Source: Takakia lepidozioides (taxonomy: Eukaryota; Plantae; Bryophyta). From it: a stretch of DNA of 64,000 nucleotides. The notes under the pieces were generated by a model, which was given only the letters and a program-made list of their open reading frames with translations, made no database searches and was not told where the DNA came from. The DNA lies in NCBI GenBank assembly GCA_030704615.1, contig CM060734.1, positions 32,240,001-32,304,000 on the forward strand, written 5' to 3'. Below are positions 35,676 to 50,825 of this stretch, one piece after another (position 1 is the first letter of the stretch; each line of letters opens with the position of its first letter). The position numbers were made by a program, and so were the translations under genes.

Positions 35676-38600
35676 ACTCAACCATGGATTGGTATTGGAT
35701 TTCAATGGTCTTACTCGCGTTTCACACTTCCGCAGCGTCTCTTTCTTCCAAGAGCTGGCTGGAGTCTATCATGTGCTATACACGCAGCGCTCTCTCTGTG
35801 TCGCTCTCTGTGGCTCCTACGGTGTAACAGAGTGTGTAATCACATAGCCACGTCTGTTGCATCCGTGTTATGGTATAGAGCCCCACGTAATTGCGCTGCT
35901 TGACAATTCTCAGGATGAAGTCAGAAAATACAGGCCAGGCAAGAGGCGACAACCCGTCATCACATGGGTTTTAGTGAAGCGAGGCATTTTACTTTCCTCT
36001 GCTTGTGTACATGACATCTAAACTTCACTCCAAATGCCAATCACTCCTCTCCAGCTCTCACCTAACAGCTTCCATACTATGGTTAAACTCATAGCTGGTG
36101 AAATATAACTCCTTGCTACTTGGAGGCTGCCATTCAGTGGCGCTGAAAAGTACCCAACAAATGGGGGGTTTGCAATGTCCTTAACTCCAATTTTGTCCCT
36201 GGAACCTGGACATTCTTTGAGGAGCTTTGCTACACAATGTTTTCATCACGTCATTCTAATCAATATGATTGAGCACAAACAATCAGAGACATACACCCCA
36301 AGGAATTGGGGCTGTTCAGCTGTAGTTGTAGTGATAATGATTTGCCATTATACAGTGTTGTGGCCTTGTGTGTGTAGCCTATTGTGGTTGGGTAATGGCC
36401 AATTCCATCCTACATGCAAGATTAGGCTTGTCTAGCTGGTCTCAAACATGAAAGTTACACTGTGCCATTGGGGGTATTGTACTAAGAGTTATCCTGCACT
36501 AATGAATTTTTCCTTATAAAGATAGGCAGATTGAAGTGACAGCTCAGACACTAACAATTTGTGGAACTGGGGGTGTGACACTGCAGGAGTACGTATACAA
36601 CAGGCTTCAATTCAGGTCCATATTCTATGATTCCAGAGAGTGCCCATAGAGTTCTGAAAATTTCTAATAAGTCTATGCAATGAGTCTCTAGGAGAGAATC
36701 CAGCACAAGAAGCTTGAATCACACTGTAAGGGACCTATAAAATGCATTAAGTAGGCCCTTCAAGTTATGCTGGTTCTGGGGAGGGCTCCCATCTTCTCCC
36801 GTACTTATGCTCTTTTGTGTATTTGCCTCTAAAAGCTTTTACATATGTTGTTTATACATTAAGTAGACACTGCATGTTAAGGTGGCTCTAGGAATGCTTC
36901 TCCTGTAGTTTCTTAGTTTGTATTTTCCCCTATAAAGTATACTGTATATTGTCTATACATTATAGGCACTGCAAGTTACATTGGCTCTGGGAACACTTCG
37001 ATCTTCTCCTGCAGTTTCCCTTTTTATAATTGCCTTAAAAAGGTGTACTGTATGTTGTCCATTTGGTAAGAAACTCAACTGGATATTCTTTTATGTGACA
37101 ATATGTCAGTGTGTTCTGTTTGGGGGGTGGCGCTCAGCTATGGGTGGTATTTCACATTTGTCCAAGGGTTTGTGTACTTGGGACTTATTTCATGGCAAGG
37201 CTTTAGACTGAAGCATATACGGAATCCTTGGAAGACCTATACCAAGCTGTCTGCTGTGCTGATGGGATCCCATGGGCTTACTAAAGGATCGCTCATGTTT
37301 CTTAACTATCCAGCTCAAATTATGTTCAAGTCCACCAAGGTACTATTCTCATCCTCCGGATCTGTGTCACGGTGCTCCTGCAAGGTTGTGCTGCTTAGTG
37401 TGTTACCTTTATGTAGTCCCACAGGCTGAGAGAGAGCACATGCTTTACTTGATCAAAGACATTCATGTATGTGGTGGTAATAGTGGCAGGGGCAAATCTA
37501 TCCCCATGGGAATAAAAGTAACAATACTACTGTTACACTTCAACCACATGTAATCTATCTCTGGCATCTTCTGTTAAGGCCGTTTTCGGTCTCATTCAGG
37601 ACTGTCTCTTCTTCGGGTGTTTTCTGTAGTTGGTGACTTTGATTGAAGTAGCTTGACCTATGCAACCAATGACGTAATAGTATCCCACGTTGTCATCAAA
37701 GAAATGATAATGCAGGAGGAAGTGAGGAGGTCTGCTTGATTCTGAAAGTTTTTCTCGCAAGATGCATGTGCAGGTGTTGCCGGTAATGGTGATGGGGGCA
37801 TTCATCCCAGGCCTGCGACGGCGGTACTCATTTCATGAGTATGTGTCAGCAACAATGCTTGTTATGGGTCTTGTACTATTTACCCTTGCAGATGCCCATG
37901 CCTCACCCAATTTCAGTGTCTTGGGGGTGATTATGGTGGTCGCGGCACTTGTATTAGATGCTTTTCTGGGAAACTTGCAGGAGGCCATTTTCACCATGAA
38001 CCCTGCTACTTCTCAGGTGAGCTCCAGCTACTTTGTTGCACCCTGCAATAAAGCTGCCACCCCACTTGAGATTACTGTAAGCAAAGAGTAGCATACTTTC
38101 GCTTGTATTATCTTGGTTTCCTTTTATTTCTGTCCACTCTCCTTAGGTTTCCTCTTCCCTCTTTTGCTCTGTGTTAATTCTTGTCTGGATACAGAATTCT
38201 TCTTTGGTTTTGGATTCTCCTGCCCAACCTTCCAATCCATGCAATGTTCTCCTTGTCTTCACTGTGTTGAAGGACATACAGGGCGAGATGTATTTACCTA
38301 TCTGTTCTTGCACCAGCCAATCCATAACCCAGTTCAGAGGGGAAATACTCTGAATGCCTTACTTAGAGTGGGATACCATCCATCACAAAGTCGATCATAA
38401 CCTCACAGGGTATGACTCAATCTCAAGAGCACAAGTGCAACATTACTGGACGTGTGGAGGAATAGAACCTAGTGGCACAGCCTAGTGCCCAGCTTCAGAG
38501 ATTCCTTTGGGTTTAGGTCTCCTGCTTGCTATTGAGCGAGAGAAGAGAGTGGTGGGGCTGGTCTATGAAGAAAGAGATACTGCCTCAATTAACTTGGATG

Positions 38601-40088
38601 CTACAGATGGAGATGCTCTTTTGTTCAACAGCAGTGGGATTGCCTTTTCTCGTCCCCCCCATGGTGATCACTGGGGAAATCTTTAGGGCTTGGACAAACT
38701 GCTTTGAGGTCCGTTTATCTTCAGCTTTCGTATTGTTCATAGACATTATGATCCTTTGCTGTACACATGTTGCAGCTGCAGTTTAGCAATATCTTTGCAT
38801 GTGAGTTGCAGTGGTGAAAAGTTAAACTTCTTTTCTGTTTTGGAGGGGTAATGAAAAGGAGATGTACGCATTGCATTCATGCTTTGCTGGGTTCTTTGGA
38901 GTCAAGCGTCACTCTATGAACTGTGTGGTCATTCACATTGCCTTCCATTCTCCATATAGGAAAAGAGGAAGGAGATGAAATGGTAATGTCCGCCGGAAGG
39001 AAGAAAGAATGTACTCATAAGACATTGTTTGCCGTAGCCTTGTGGCCATTGACCCCGTGCCCGGTTTGAGCGGAACACAAAGGGACAGAAACTACCTTTG
39101 TCAAGGGCTGGCCATAACCCATCTTATCTGTATACTTATGTCTTCGTTTGGTTTGTTTGGTGCAGCATCCATATGTATATGTTGTGCTTTTTCTTGAGGC
39201 GATGGCAACCTTCATTGGGCAGCTTTCAGTCCTCTCACTCATCGCTCTCTTTGGCGCTGCTACCACAGCTATGGTACACAGTTACTCTGAAATTACCTCC
39301 CTTCATTTTTAATCTGCTTTATCCTTGGGTTTGAAGCTACCCTGTGTATGTTTTTTCCTCTCCCTCTCTTTTCAGGTTTCCATGTGATGTTCTCCGAGTT
39401 GGTTTCTGTTTTTCTACTTTGTGCAATGGATTTCCTGTGGATATTATAAAGTGTCTCGTTTCTTTCTTTCTTTCTGTCTCTCTCTTTCTCCAGTAGGTCT
39501 TGGTTTGTCTATCCTGTCCCATGGGTCCTTCTAGCCTCTTTGAATGTTATAAAGTTTCTTCTTTTTTCTCTGTTTGTGCTGCTAATTTCTGTTATGTCAC
39601 CTTTTCTTATCCCACAAGCTCTTGGGACTTTCTGTGATGTTTGTATCCCTTGCGTTCTGTCCTTTGTCAAGAAAGGTTCTAGCCCGTAGCCCTTCATCTA
39701 GGGCAAAAAGGTCACTGCACAGAGACAATGGATGAATCCAAGAACAGTGACGGTGTGATAAGATGGTCTTAAGTGGTATTCCTTGAGGCACTGTCTAACA
39801 GCTGGGGGGTTGTTTGTATGGCAGGTAACAACAGCCCGGAAGGTTCTAACACTTCTCCTTTCATATATTATTTTCACCAAACCTCTGTCAGAGCAACATT
39901 TCACAGGTCTCCTCCTGATCATTATGGGGATAGTACTCAAGATGATGCCTGACCAATGCCAGCACAAGACTGATTGCAATTCCTCATACGCTGAATCGCC
40001 GAAGGAGATTCTACCTTTAAAAACTGTGGGAAACGACAGAACTGAAGATGAGGGGGAGAAGGTAGAGAGACTTTCAAACTCAGTCTGA
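35490..40088 (+). CDS. UDP-galactose/UDP-glucose transporter 2/4-like (SLC35B3/PAPST2 family), 7 coding exons
   Basis: Exons 35490-35618, 36587-36615, 37138-37339, 37774-38016, 38607-38708, 39166-39273, 39825-40088, all GT-AG and in frame. Motifs [57 protein letters not shown]. Confidence 0.95.
35641..35672 (+). repeat. (GT)16 microsatellite in the first coding-region intron
   Basis: Seen directly. Confidence 0.98.
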
Positions 40089-42098
40089 TTCAGTGTCGAG
40101 GGATCAGCTTGTCGGGTTGCGATGGTAAGGTACAAAATTTTGTAGAGTATGGAGAGAGGGACTTATTTAGATGTCAGCCTCGTTTCAAGCTTCTAAAAAA
40201 CATGCCTAGTGGTTGACAGAGATGTACTTGGACTGAAACATTACTTGCCAAAATGTGGCTCTGTGCTGTGAGAGGAAGTAAGAGAGAAGAAAGGGACTTC
40301 TTAAAATGTAAGAAAGTCCAAAGTACAAGAGAGGGATCACAACAGGCCAGACCTCATTAGCACCTTGTGAAGCATAGATCAAATAGGTCTCTTTATGTAA
40401 GAAGCTCCAATTCGTGTGGCTGGGATGTTGATCATAGGACACAGGAAGGAAAAGTGCAATTTCCCAGCATCCCCCAATGTGGTAAGGGATGGTGGTCAAG
40501 GTTGCACAACTTTGACAGTCGTCTAGGAATTTTTCCACAGCTTGTATAATACTGTGGAAAGAATGAGACTGAGGGTTCACAGGTGGTGAATACATTGCAA
40601 TGTTTACAGTGGGTCGAATTATTCAGACCCCACTTTATATACAAGTAAAGACAGCTCATTTACCAAACAGTTTTACAAATAACATACCCAAAATTGATGT
40701 AAATGAAACTCAAGTTTTTCAGCAAAAACATTTGTTGAAACTTACTAGCCTAAGTTAGAGGGCACTCCAAATCGAGTGTTTGTGCATACGTGCATACACT
40801 AAATAAATATTCAAATTCAACATGGCGCCCAATAAGCAATTGAAACTTTGGAGAAAAGTGTTAAATTTTCAAAGCCTAAAATTAAGAAATTCCAGGATGT
40901 TTGAAGGCATCAAAATTGTTTGCTGAAGATGCTCTAAAAATAGTCCAAATTGAACTCCAAACTACGGACCTTGAGTTGATTCACTAATAACATCATAACG
41001 TTGATCAAAGATATGATTTGACTTCCGTTTGGTCTCACCATGTAGATTGATATCCATATCAGCAAGCACCCCTACTGCCGTATTGTCCAAATACAATCAC
41101 TTTGGACACTTGAAAGTGTAGGGTAGTGTCAAAAGTGTACTGTCCAAGTACAATCACTGCTAGCACAGAGGTCATTCCTAAGCGAAGAGTGGGAAGGCCT
41201 TGCAAAAACAAAGAGTTTGTTGCAGGTTTGGTGTTTCAGGCTGTTGCACCATAGAACTACGTGATCAGCCTGAAGCTTGTTCAGTTCAACACTTAGATGC
41301 AAAGGACACAGATGCCATTATACAAACTGGTTTACAAAGGAACTATGGCCTCCGATTGTCTCAGCTGTAAAAAGACAAATGTATTGGGGCTACACTCCGG
41401 CTTACAGGCAAGTATTATTTAGATCAATCTTTCGACGAGTTTTCCAAATACAATCATTGGGGGCTCTAAAGGTCCAGCATCCTGTGCTTAAAAGTTCTTG
41501 CTGGCACCGCCGAAAAAATACCAAATGGCCTAAAGATGTGCCCACCTGCTTTGCTGGTTATAAATTAAATATTCAGCACCTGAATGCTGAATATTTTTTC
41601 GGCGGTGCCAGATGTGCCAACCTGCGCACCACTGCCGTAGCATGTGTAAAATGTGCCACTCTGTTCACAGTAGTATAATAGACAATATTGCAGAAACTTA
41701 AGCCAGTACAAAAAACTGGTGCACATCTGTATTAGAATTCACTTTTCCTTGCAAAAAATATAACAAGGCAAACAGAGTACCATGTCTGAGTTTCAGGGGT
41801 GTAAACCATAAAGTGAAGTAGCGAAAGATTGCCTTTATGACTTCTCTACGCTTTTGGAAGAATTGCTTTTGCCAAGTATGATCTTACCTCTTTCATGGAA
41901 AAAAAGGGGGCTAGAGAAACCTAACCTCCTTGCTGTACAACTGAATCAGGGGTGGAGAACCATTATACACAAAGATACAAGCTATAACTGTTAGATGCTA
42001 AATCCTGTTCACTGTACCACCCTTCATGATGTACGAGTCATGATCTGTATGAACTTCTTGGTTCCACGTTGGGGAAACATTCTATTCTGAATCTGTGC

Positions 42099-45000
42099 TC
42101 AGACAGCAACAGCCTCCTTGAAAATGCTGGTGTCTGCTACTTGGGCAGCATACTGCCGGGCCCATAAATCATAGAATACAATTTCGTCGAGGGATGGGCT
42201 TGAGACAAGTTCTTCCCTGTGCTTGTCACATGTCTTTTCTATCACATTAACTATGTCCAAATAGCCGATCCTGCATGCCCAATCAAAGTTAATGTCAGCA
42301 TCTCTCTCTCCTTCTCTCTTAATCTTTCTTTCTCCACCAAAAACAAGGAGCACACTGTAGAATTCTAGGCCGCCGGTGGGTGTGCTAAAAATGTGTCCCT
42401 CCTTGAATGTTTTCCTAAGGCGAATGTGTCTATGACAGAGCAAAAGAGGGAACACAGTGGACATGAAAGGAAGATATTGATGATTCCTAGAGTAGAAACT
42501 CACTTTTCATCAAGAAAAAGCTCAACTGCCTTCTCATTTGCAGCACTCAGCACTCCAGTCATCGTTCCACCCGCACGGCCAGCGGCATATGAGAGGTTCA
42601 TAGATGGATACTTTGCACGGTCGGGTACTTTGAATGTCAGGTTTCCCATTCTGTACGCCCCCTCCAACACTTGGCCTTGTTAGTTGCAACAGAGATCCAT
42701 CCTCTTGAGTCAATCATAAGTTAAGCGTTACTCTCCCACATAAAAATGTACAACCCAGCAGAAGAGAAGGGAGGGGGAAACTCTGGCAACCCACTTGATG
42801 AAGTCGAGACGAGGCCATGTAATTTCAGAGCAGGCAATGCGCTCCGGCCAAGACAGTGTGTACAGGATAGGGAGCCGCATATCAGGCCACCCTAGTTGTG
42901 CCAGCACTGATGAATCCTGTTGACCCACTGAGTATAGTTAGTAGTTGATTCGACCATGCCAAAGTACAGTTATTACTTCACACATTTAGTCGCTCATCAT
43001 GATAACACTTCAATTAAGATTAGAGGGGTCTGCTATCACCTCCCTACAACATGTTATTTATGTTTTGTTCATGTCTTATGAGTGCATTCACTTGATCATT
43101 CCTTTTTGGAATTTTGGTCGGGTTCTACAGTTTGCATCACTTATACTGTCTAACGGGAGAGAAATCAAAGCTCCAGTCATTCACTATATGATCCTACAGA
43201 CTAGAAAAAAAAAAAGCCGTTCTTGAGGTCCTATGATGATACTATGATGGTGAGCTGAGATCAAACAGCATCCAATGGAGGCTGTCCTATGTCATCAATC
43301 CAGCAGGGGATGGTTCCCTGTGAGATGATTCACAAAGTAAGCATCGCATATCAACTGGTGAAGGGATGGCTAACATTTCCAATTGTCAAAACCTGCAGAT
43401 TGCCTCTATCCATTGCCCTATTGATTGAAGCGCTCCATCATTGTGGAAGGAGTTGCAAGAAATGAGCACCACTTGACCACCCTTCCTATCTTCTTCATCT
43501 TCTTGCTTTTAATCCATGACACAAAGCTATCAAGACAAACATGAGGCCTGTATGAAGATGAACACCATCTCTAAAGGGTCTTAGGAGGTTGATCAACATT
43601 AAATTAACCTCAGAAGTAATTACTAAAGAATATAGGTGTACCTGGGTCTCAACCATGGAATGAATGATGGATTGAGGATGGATAACAATGTCAATGTCAT
43701 CATATTCAGCACCAAAGAGATAGTGTGCTTCTATGACCTCCAAACCCTGTTAAACACCAGCCATATTTGAGAAAGAGAACATGGAGGAGAAACCTGCCAC
43801 CAAGAGAGTGGAAAGCCCAGAGGTCTAACGGGTGACAGTTGAACTACAGTGCTCGTCCTATAGTTTGCATGAAGGACCTATGGGACCAGTCATGGTGTAT
43901 GCAATAGAAGATTTAAATGTACTAGTAGACTGTTCACTGCAAACATTGGCGACGGAGTTCCAGAGGGATACTAAACTTTCAAGACGCAGTTCTGGATTGT
44001 AGACCAAGGGGGTCCATTTTAGGGAGGGACGGATAAAGAGATTACCTTGTTCATAAGAGTGGCAGAATCTACAGTGATCTTTCGACCCATGCTCCAGTTA
44101 GGATGCTTCAGGGCATCTGCAACTTTCACCTCCTTCAATTTCTCTACCGGCCAATCCCTAGACACAACAGAATCACACATTATTTTTTTGCAGATTAAGT
44201 CTCACACCTAAAATACTTCATACAAAAATTCCACTGCAAGCATCCACAGATATCATGGTGACTGTGGCCACACCACAGATGGTGCTGGATGATTTTAAAC
44301 AGGTGGCCGTAAATGCTCTTCCCAGCTGGAGCCAGAGGCACAAGTTAATACCTGGAAGCTTCAGTCTGGAGTCAAATAGAAAATGCTCTACTTGCACAGT
44401 CAAGTGAAGGAGGCCATAGAGCTCTCGAGTTAGCAGCACCCCATGGAAAATTTTCTAGCTGGTTTCATACTCAATCTTACCCATAAATTGCAGAACTGAA
44501 AATACTAGTACTGTAGGGGGTGGGATAAAGAGAGGGGAAATGTAAAGCGGGCACACCTAAAAGCACCACCAGAAGCAGTTAAGATAACACGCCTCAAGCC
44601 ACCTTCAGGCAGTCCTTGTATGCACTGCATATACAAGCACACAAACACGACAGGTTGTTCTCGAGTTAGTTGTGACCATAGTGTTAACGTTAAAATCAAT
44701 ACCATGGCCTCTGGATGGATACTTAATGCAGAGGGACATGTCAAAATGAAACAAAAAAGTACAAGAAAGATCCTGGTCAGAGCCACCCTTACTTCTAAGT
44801 TGTCCCGTTGGCACACTACTTTTGCCTCCATTTGAGAGGTGGGTACTTTTTGACAGCTTCTTACACTGCAACTGAGACTTTTTCTAGATGGTCCTTCCTC
44901 AGACAGATTCCAAAATCCGAGTCATCGATTTGACTACACAATAGCCCAACATACAGCCAGGTGACTAGATAGTGCACCCTCCAACTGAGCTCTTTGTGAA

Positions 45001-48000
45001 TGTACACGCCCTACCATCCACAATGAGGGCAGTGCCCTACCAACTGGGCTATCAGTTAACAGACAAATAATAGACGGATGGATCGTTATAGTACCTGGAA
45101 GATAGCTGAGTGCTCAGAGTCAGCAGGAAGAATCTTAATGCCGTGCTTTTTGGCTAGAGGGAGTACGTATGGACCTCCCGCTATCAAGGTCTCCTTGTTT
45201 GCCAGAGCAATATCCTTTCCAGCTTCAATGGCCGCCACTGTAGGCTGCCATAATCACACGGACCAATCCAGTTAGTACGTTGTTCCACAACGAAGATAGT
45301 GTAACAGAGAGTGGATACACTTTGACCAGTGCCGTGTGAATAACCGCTATGATGCACACTTGTCGGCAGATTCCATCTTGATAGTTACCCTCTTCGAGCC
45401 AGTAATAGAGGTTTCACTCATCAGAGTATTCAATTCGGCCTCAAATTCCCATAGCATTCATGTCACTGACAACAATGCAACTATAGGACCAAGTGAGATT
45501 TAAAGGCTGGAACTGACATGATATTTGATTTCAAACACAAGAGACTGTACGCATGCCGTTCCGGCTTGCCATAGCCTTACGGCCATTGACCCTGCAGGAA
45601 CTAAACACTCCCGGAGCTTTTGTGGGGTTCGCACCCACCAGGGTTTAGCTTATCCCCACAGCTCAGCTGTAGGTATAGACTTGCTTTCCCTGCGCTCGCA
45701 GAGGCACTTGTCTGCATGCAAACTCGACAACCCAGTTGCAGGGTTGCAAACACGAGAGAATGTACTTATTAGACTATGGCACAAGAGAGAGGGAAGGAGA
45801 CAGAGATGGTGTTGTACACCAAGCACAACAATGGCTCGCAATAGTTGTGCAATTTATTCGAGGTCGAGACAAATTCAGCAAATGTAGGGAAGGGGAGAGC
45901 ACACCTTCAGGCCAGCGCAGCCAACAATGCCTGTCACAACAGTCACAGCCTCCGGATGCCTAGCCACCTGTTGGGTTCACAAACACCGTGCTAAGTCTGT
46001 CTTCCCCAAGAGAGCGAGCGTTTGACAAACTTAAGAATCCCACAGCACCAAGCCAACCTCAAATACTAGTGCAGCAGGGAAAACCTATTTCTCCAGGGGT
46101 GAAAGAGAGACGCGGACATGGAGGATTATTTGTATGCATGGAACATTCCCCATGTAGTCTGCGCATGCATGTGCCAATTCATGTACCAGTAGGCTCCATA
46201 TTATTGCAGCATTTCTGGAGCAAGAACTTTCAGAGAAAGAGAATTCAAGGCAGTGATGATTCACATTCTATCTGGTATTTCTCTCCCTTTGCCACAAATG
46301 AAATGACATGAAATGGTACTTTACAATGTCCGCAGAAAGCTCAACTAGCTTATTGGACAAGAGAAAGCAAGAAACAAGAAAGAGAGAGGGGCCCTCCACA
46401 AGCAACGCAAAAACAACTATTCCTCCCAACTATCCCTTTGCCACAAAGAAAGAGCTAAAAAAGGGATGGGCCAGCCAGGCAAGAAGGGACACTTGGCAGC
46501 TCAGGATATAAGCTTACCTCAACCATGCCTTCTTCACCGACCATAATCTCAGGCTTTGGGTGCACATCGGCAATTGCCTCTTTCAGCTCTGCTGCCAATG
46601 CCTGATTTTTAATGGCCACCAGACTTGGGTTGAATCGTCTTACCTATAGCAACCAAGCAGGACGTTAGAAGCCGGAACCCTTTACAGCCTCGTCCCCCAC
46701 TTCATCCTCAAAGTATGCAAGTGGAATTGAGAGTCTGATGCTGTCAGCAGGAAAAGATGTTTCAGTAGCCCAGTGGACTATTGATGCATAAAAGAAGCAA
46801 AGAATAGCAAGTCACATTGTTCTTGGGTTGGAAGTTTGAAAACCAGCTTCATTAATTGGCGAAAAACAGTTTACCAAGCACAAACATTTCCTCCTGAAGA
46901 CACTTTTCACATACCTCGACTAGTTTTCATGCAGAATACCTGTTCGGCCAAGAGAGTCACATTTTGACCAGCAGCCAATCCAACCACCTTGAACCTTTCT
47001 GGGTGTTCAGCTACAATGTCCAGCGTCTGCATTCAGTGTCAAATATAAGGAAGAGAGAAAAAGAAATACATCAAGTGGAGGCCAGAGGGCCAATAGACTT
47101 TTGTAGCAGGAGAGATGTACTCATACGACTTTGTTTCTCCGGTAGTATGACTTACTTTGATACAAACAATTAGTTCGGGCTTTCCCGATATCCTCTAGGA
47201 AGCCCTTCACACAAGCAGGAGAGAGTGAGAGAAAGACAACTCGGAGAAATGGGAATCGCCCACCAGTTTCTGTTTGCTGAGAAAATGGTTGGAATGAATT
47301 CACGCACACCCATAGATTGCAAAGATGCTCACCTGGGTCCCAATAGAGCCTGTCGAACCAATAAGAGAGATAGGCTTGGGGCCATCAAACTTTTTGGCTT
47401 CTTCCACAACAGCCCTCCCAGGCCAGGCCGGGGGGGGGCCTGATACTAAGCATCTGACACCTCCAGAGACCTTAGTTCTCAAACCTGCCCTCTTGCCGCT
47501 CTCAGCTGCAGTTTGGACACAGTATGCACACCAGATGATGTCAGCTTTCACATCCTCTCTTCCCTCTCTCTTTCCACAAATGTCCGACTCATTTTTATCA
47601 CCAACTAGACTTGCAGCCCAAACTCTGGGGATGCCATTGGCTGTGAGTTATGGCAGTTGCATCCTATGAATGTCACCCAACCAGGAAGGTAAACCGGTGC
47701 AGCAGCGATATGTCAAGACATTTCAAAGTTTAACGAGTCCATGCCCCTCTCCTAGTCGAGACAGTTTAACATACCCATGAGAAGAGAATCTGCACAGCTT
47801 GCAGCATGCAAGCAGTGGAGACGGAACACCATTTATTCTTCTCCACCTTGTGTATTGTGTGATGGAGGGAGATACTACTGTCTTAGAAGGCTACCCATCC
47901 CTGATACATTAGTTGACTCCATTTGTGCCACGATTTGGAACTGACTCTCTGGTGCTTTGTTGTCTCTGCAGAGAGACTAGGCCTCAGTGCAAAAGCACTT

Positions 48001-48980
48001 GGAATCAATTTGATTCCATTTTCCTAGTTGTTCCTACTATGAGCCCAGGTAGACGCTTTCTTGTATTGAATTCTTGTCTAATAAGCTCATTGGGCTTTCC
48101 TATTTCCTCTGTCCATACATCAGTTGTTAAGTGCGATAGAAAGTATAACGGCTTCCATGCATCTGTAGATAAACCACTTGAGTGTGAGATGAAGGTACCT
48201 TGAAGCCTGCAGCCACCAAATGATGGCATGTCTATGGAGCCAAATGCCATCTCACTCTGCTTGACACCAACAAGGACAACACCATGTCATGGTCAACCAA
48301 ATTGACAGCCCTGGTAATATTATCCCCCTTTCAACTTGGTCTCTCTCCAATGCCCTATGATGAAACAGTTGGACTGGCTTTTGTAAGAGTCCAAGACTGA
48401 AAATCATCTCATTGCACCCATTCTCTCTATCTCTGGAGCCTGCCCACAACTCGGATAACAAAGAGCATTACACAGTCAGTCAGGATTGGTTGTAACAATT
48501 AAAAGTGCAAGGTAAATTTTTTAGTCCCATTTGCTTAACGAACGGATCCTCTCCCCAGTAAGTCGATACAGAGTCCATTAGGTCCCTCTCCTCAGCACCA
48601 CGGATATTCCGATTTCCTTTCCACTCTAATACCCAATCAACAGGTGAAAAAGACGCTACTACATAGATGTATGAAGGTAGAGACTGACGAAAAGCGCAGA
48701 ATTTCCTATTCATGAAATATTACTTGTTCAATGCTCTCCCTCTCTCTCACACACACACCTCAGTGACCGTAAGAAAAAAAATCTTTCAGTCTCTCCGAAA
48801 TGAAGTAAAATGAGTTGATGAACTTGAATCGGCACAACACCCCACACATAATCCACCGTGAAAGCCCCAAGAGACAAGAACAAAAGGCACTGCGGGAGGT
48901 GGAAAAAATCTCACCGAAGCTCTGAGATTCGCATTGAGGGGCCCCGTCAGACCCGCCATAGCTACCACCTCCAATGCCAT
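42099..48980 (-). CDS. DXR: 1-deoxy-D-xylulose 5-phosphate reductoisomerase, plastid MEP pathway, 13 coding exons
   Basis: Exons 48915-48980, 48199-48250, 47333-47505, 46940-47026, 46518-46643, 45905-45967, 45095-45244, 44557-44624, 44046-44157, 43642-43746, 42795-42916, 42504-42650, 42099-42270. Motifs [42 protein letters not shown]. The first two (transit-peptide) exons are less certain. Confidence 0.97.
47141..47217 (-). mobile_element. Short LINE ORF2 3'-end fragment in a DXR intron
   Basis: 63/77 identities (my count, ungapped) with 61698-61774. Confidence 0.75.
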
Positions 48981-50825
48981 CACCAACAAAGACACAGACA
49001 CTCACGCTCCGATGCAACCCACCTGCCAGACCTTGCAATGACACCGTAATACGAATCTCCGAGACACTGCAAACTGGATTCTGAGATGACAATGGAGAGC
49101 AAAACTGAGCGTGCCACACTATCAGGGCAACATATTCGAGAGGCACTGTACTCCAATCAGATATTCTTCCCTTGCGACAGAATGTCTAGACTCTACAAAA
49201 GCGGATAAACAGGAAACAGACAAAGCTATAGAGACACAGCACTCTATTTCCAGACAGCATTTCCTCTCTCTTCTTCACACGCGCCAACTCAACACCCGGC
49301 CGAGCACGGGTCCCCCCGTGTCCCCCGCGTTATTAGTTAGTTACTCGCCAACCCCATTTACTCATCCACCCCAGCCTCACCCAAACACGAAAGCCGTGGC
49401 TCCACAGACGTTTCTCATTCATCCATATTCCGCATCCATCCACGGGAATCGCTTCGTCGAAATGATCCAGGGGCCGGGCGAGGGATTGTCGGGCGCGGTA
49501 ACCGAAGCGAATCCCGAGCTGCAACGTGCCTCAATCAGGCTGGTTCCACAGATTGTACGTCTGTCTTTTCTCTGCCCCCCTGATATATATATACCTGTAT
49601 ATCAATTTTTATTTTTGTTTTTTCGTTTCCAAGGAAACACCACCCCTACCAACTGGGCCTTGAGCGATCATTTTCAGGCTAAGAGGGACGTGCAACACGG
49701 CCGCACGTGGATTTGAACCGAGGACCAAATCAGAACCCAGAGTAGCTGAGCCCTAAAAGCGGACGTTCGGCCAAGCCCGGGATTCGTGACCTTGTCTTTT
49801 CTGACCACCCCAGGTTCCCAATGGAGGGTTGACCCGCGTTCCCAGCACTAGTTCCTGTCTGGGAACCTTGTGAAGCAAGGGACTGCTAGATTACAAGACA
49901 TTCTGAGAGTAGACAAAATGTGTATTTTTCTTCCCTGTGTGAAGTGGGCACTTCAAGCCTTTTCCAAAAACAATTTCAACGCTGATGATGTTGGCGCAGT
50001 GCGCAGTGGAGATTCCATTTGCAATAAATCGAGACTCAAGAAATGATTCAAGAGAATGACATGGAGGCAGCAAATTGAGTTACTTTTTGATGATCTATTC
50101 CAGTACAAAAAATGAGATGAGAACTCTCGTGTACAAATGCAGCATGCCTCATCACTAGTATGCTGTGGAAGTCAGTGCATGCTTTTGCCGGCTAACCTTC
50201 TGACTAGGCAGGCCATAGCAGACTCCTCCCCTTCTGTGCCTGCTCATCAGAAAAGAAGAATAGTCAGCTCACTGAACATAACAACCAGAATGCCGGCGTA
50301 AGTTATTCTTTTTGCAGTCCACGACTGAATCTTTCCAACATGTCTTTGACCAAGACTGGTGTATCAACAGGGAGCTACTTTCGGCTCCTACATAGGGTTG
50401 CGTCAACTTACAGGGAAAAAACAGCTCTCTCATTGGTTTGTCAAACAAGCAGCTAAGTTCTACACCTGCACATACTGCATGCGTCTCCTAAAGACGAGAA
50501 GGTACAGGGGTTGAAAGGCACAGTTCACAATGTTATTTTGCTGCCACCAATAGCTACAACTTTCAGAAACCCTAGTCCTTCAGAGTATCAAATGAGTTTA
50601 CTCCAAGGAAAAGAAGAGGAATACCTGGAAATGAGTTGCCATATTCCTTCAGTTGGTGCTGTTCGAAGAATCATGGATGTGCTAAAAATGTACGATCAAT
50701 TCTTTTGGCTAAACTCTCTCTTTCTCTAAGGCCTCCATCCTGGCCGCAAAACAATGTCAAGACCCTGCCGTCACAGTGTGTTTACCCAAACCTTTATCTC
50801 CAGCTTATAAGCTCTTCCACTAAAA

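Noticed and set aside
49111-49716. 201-aa + strand ORF
   Set aside because: No recognisable domain; antisense to the DXR 5' region.
49700-49890. GC-rich stretch considered as a possible SRP or other Pol III RNA
   Set aside because: No recognisable conserved motifs beyond a lone B-box-like sequence; more likely the DXR upstream region.
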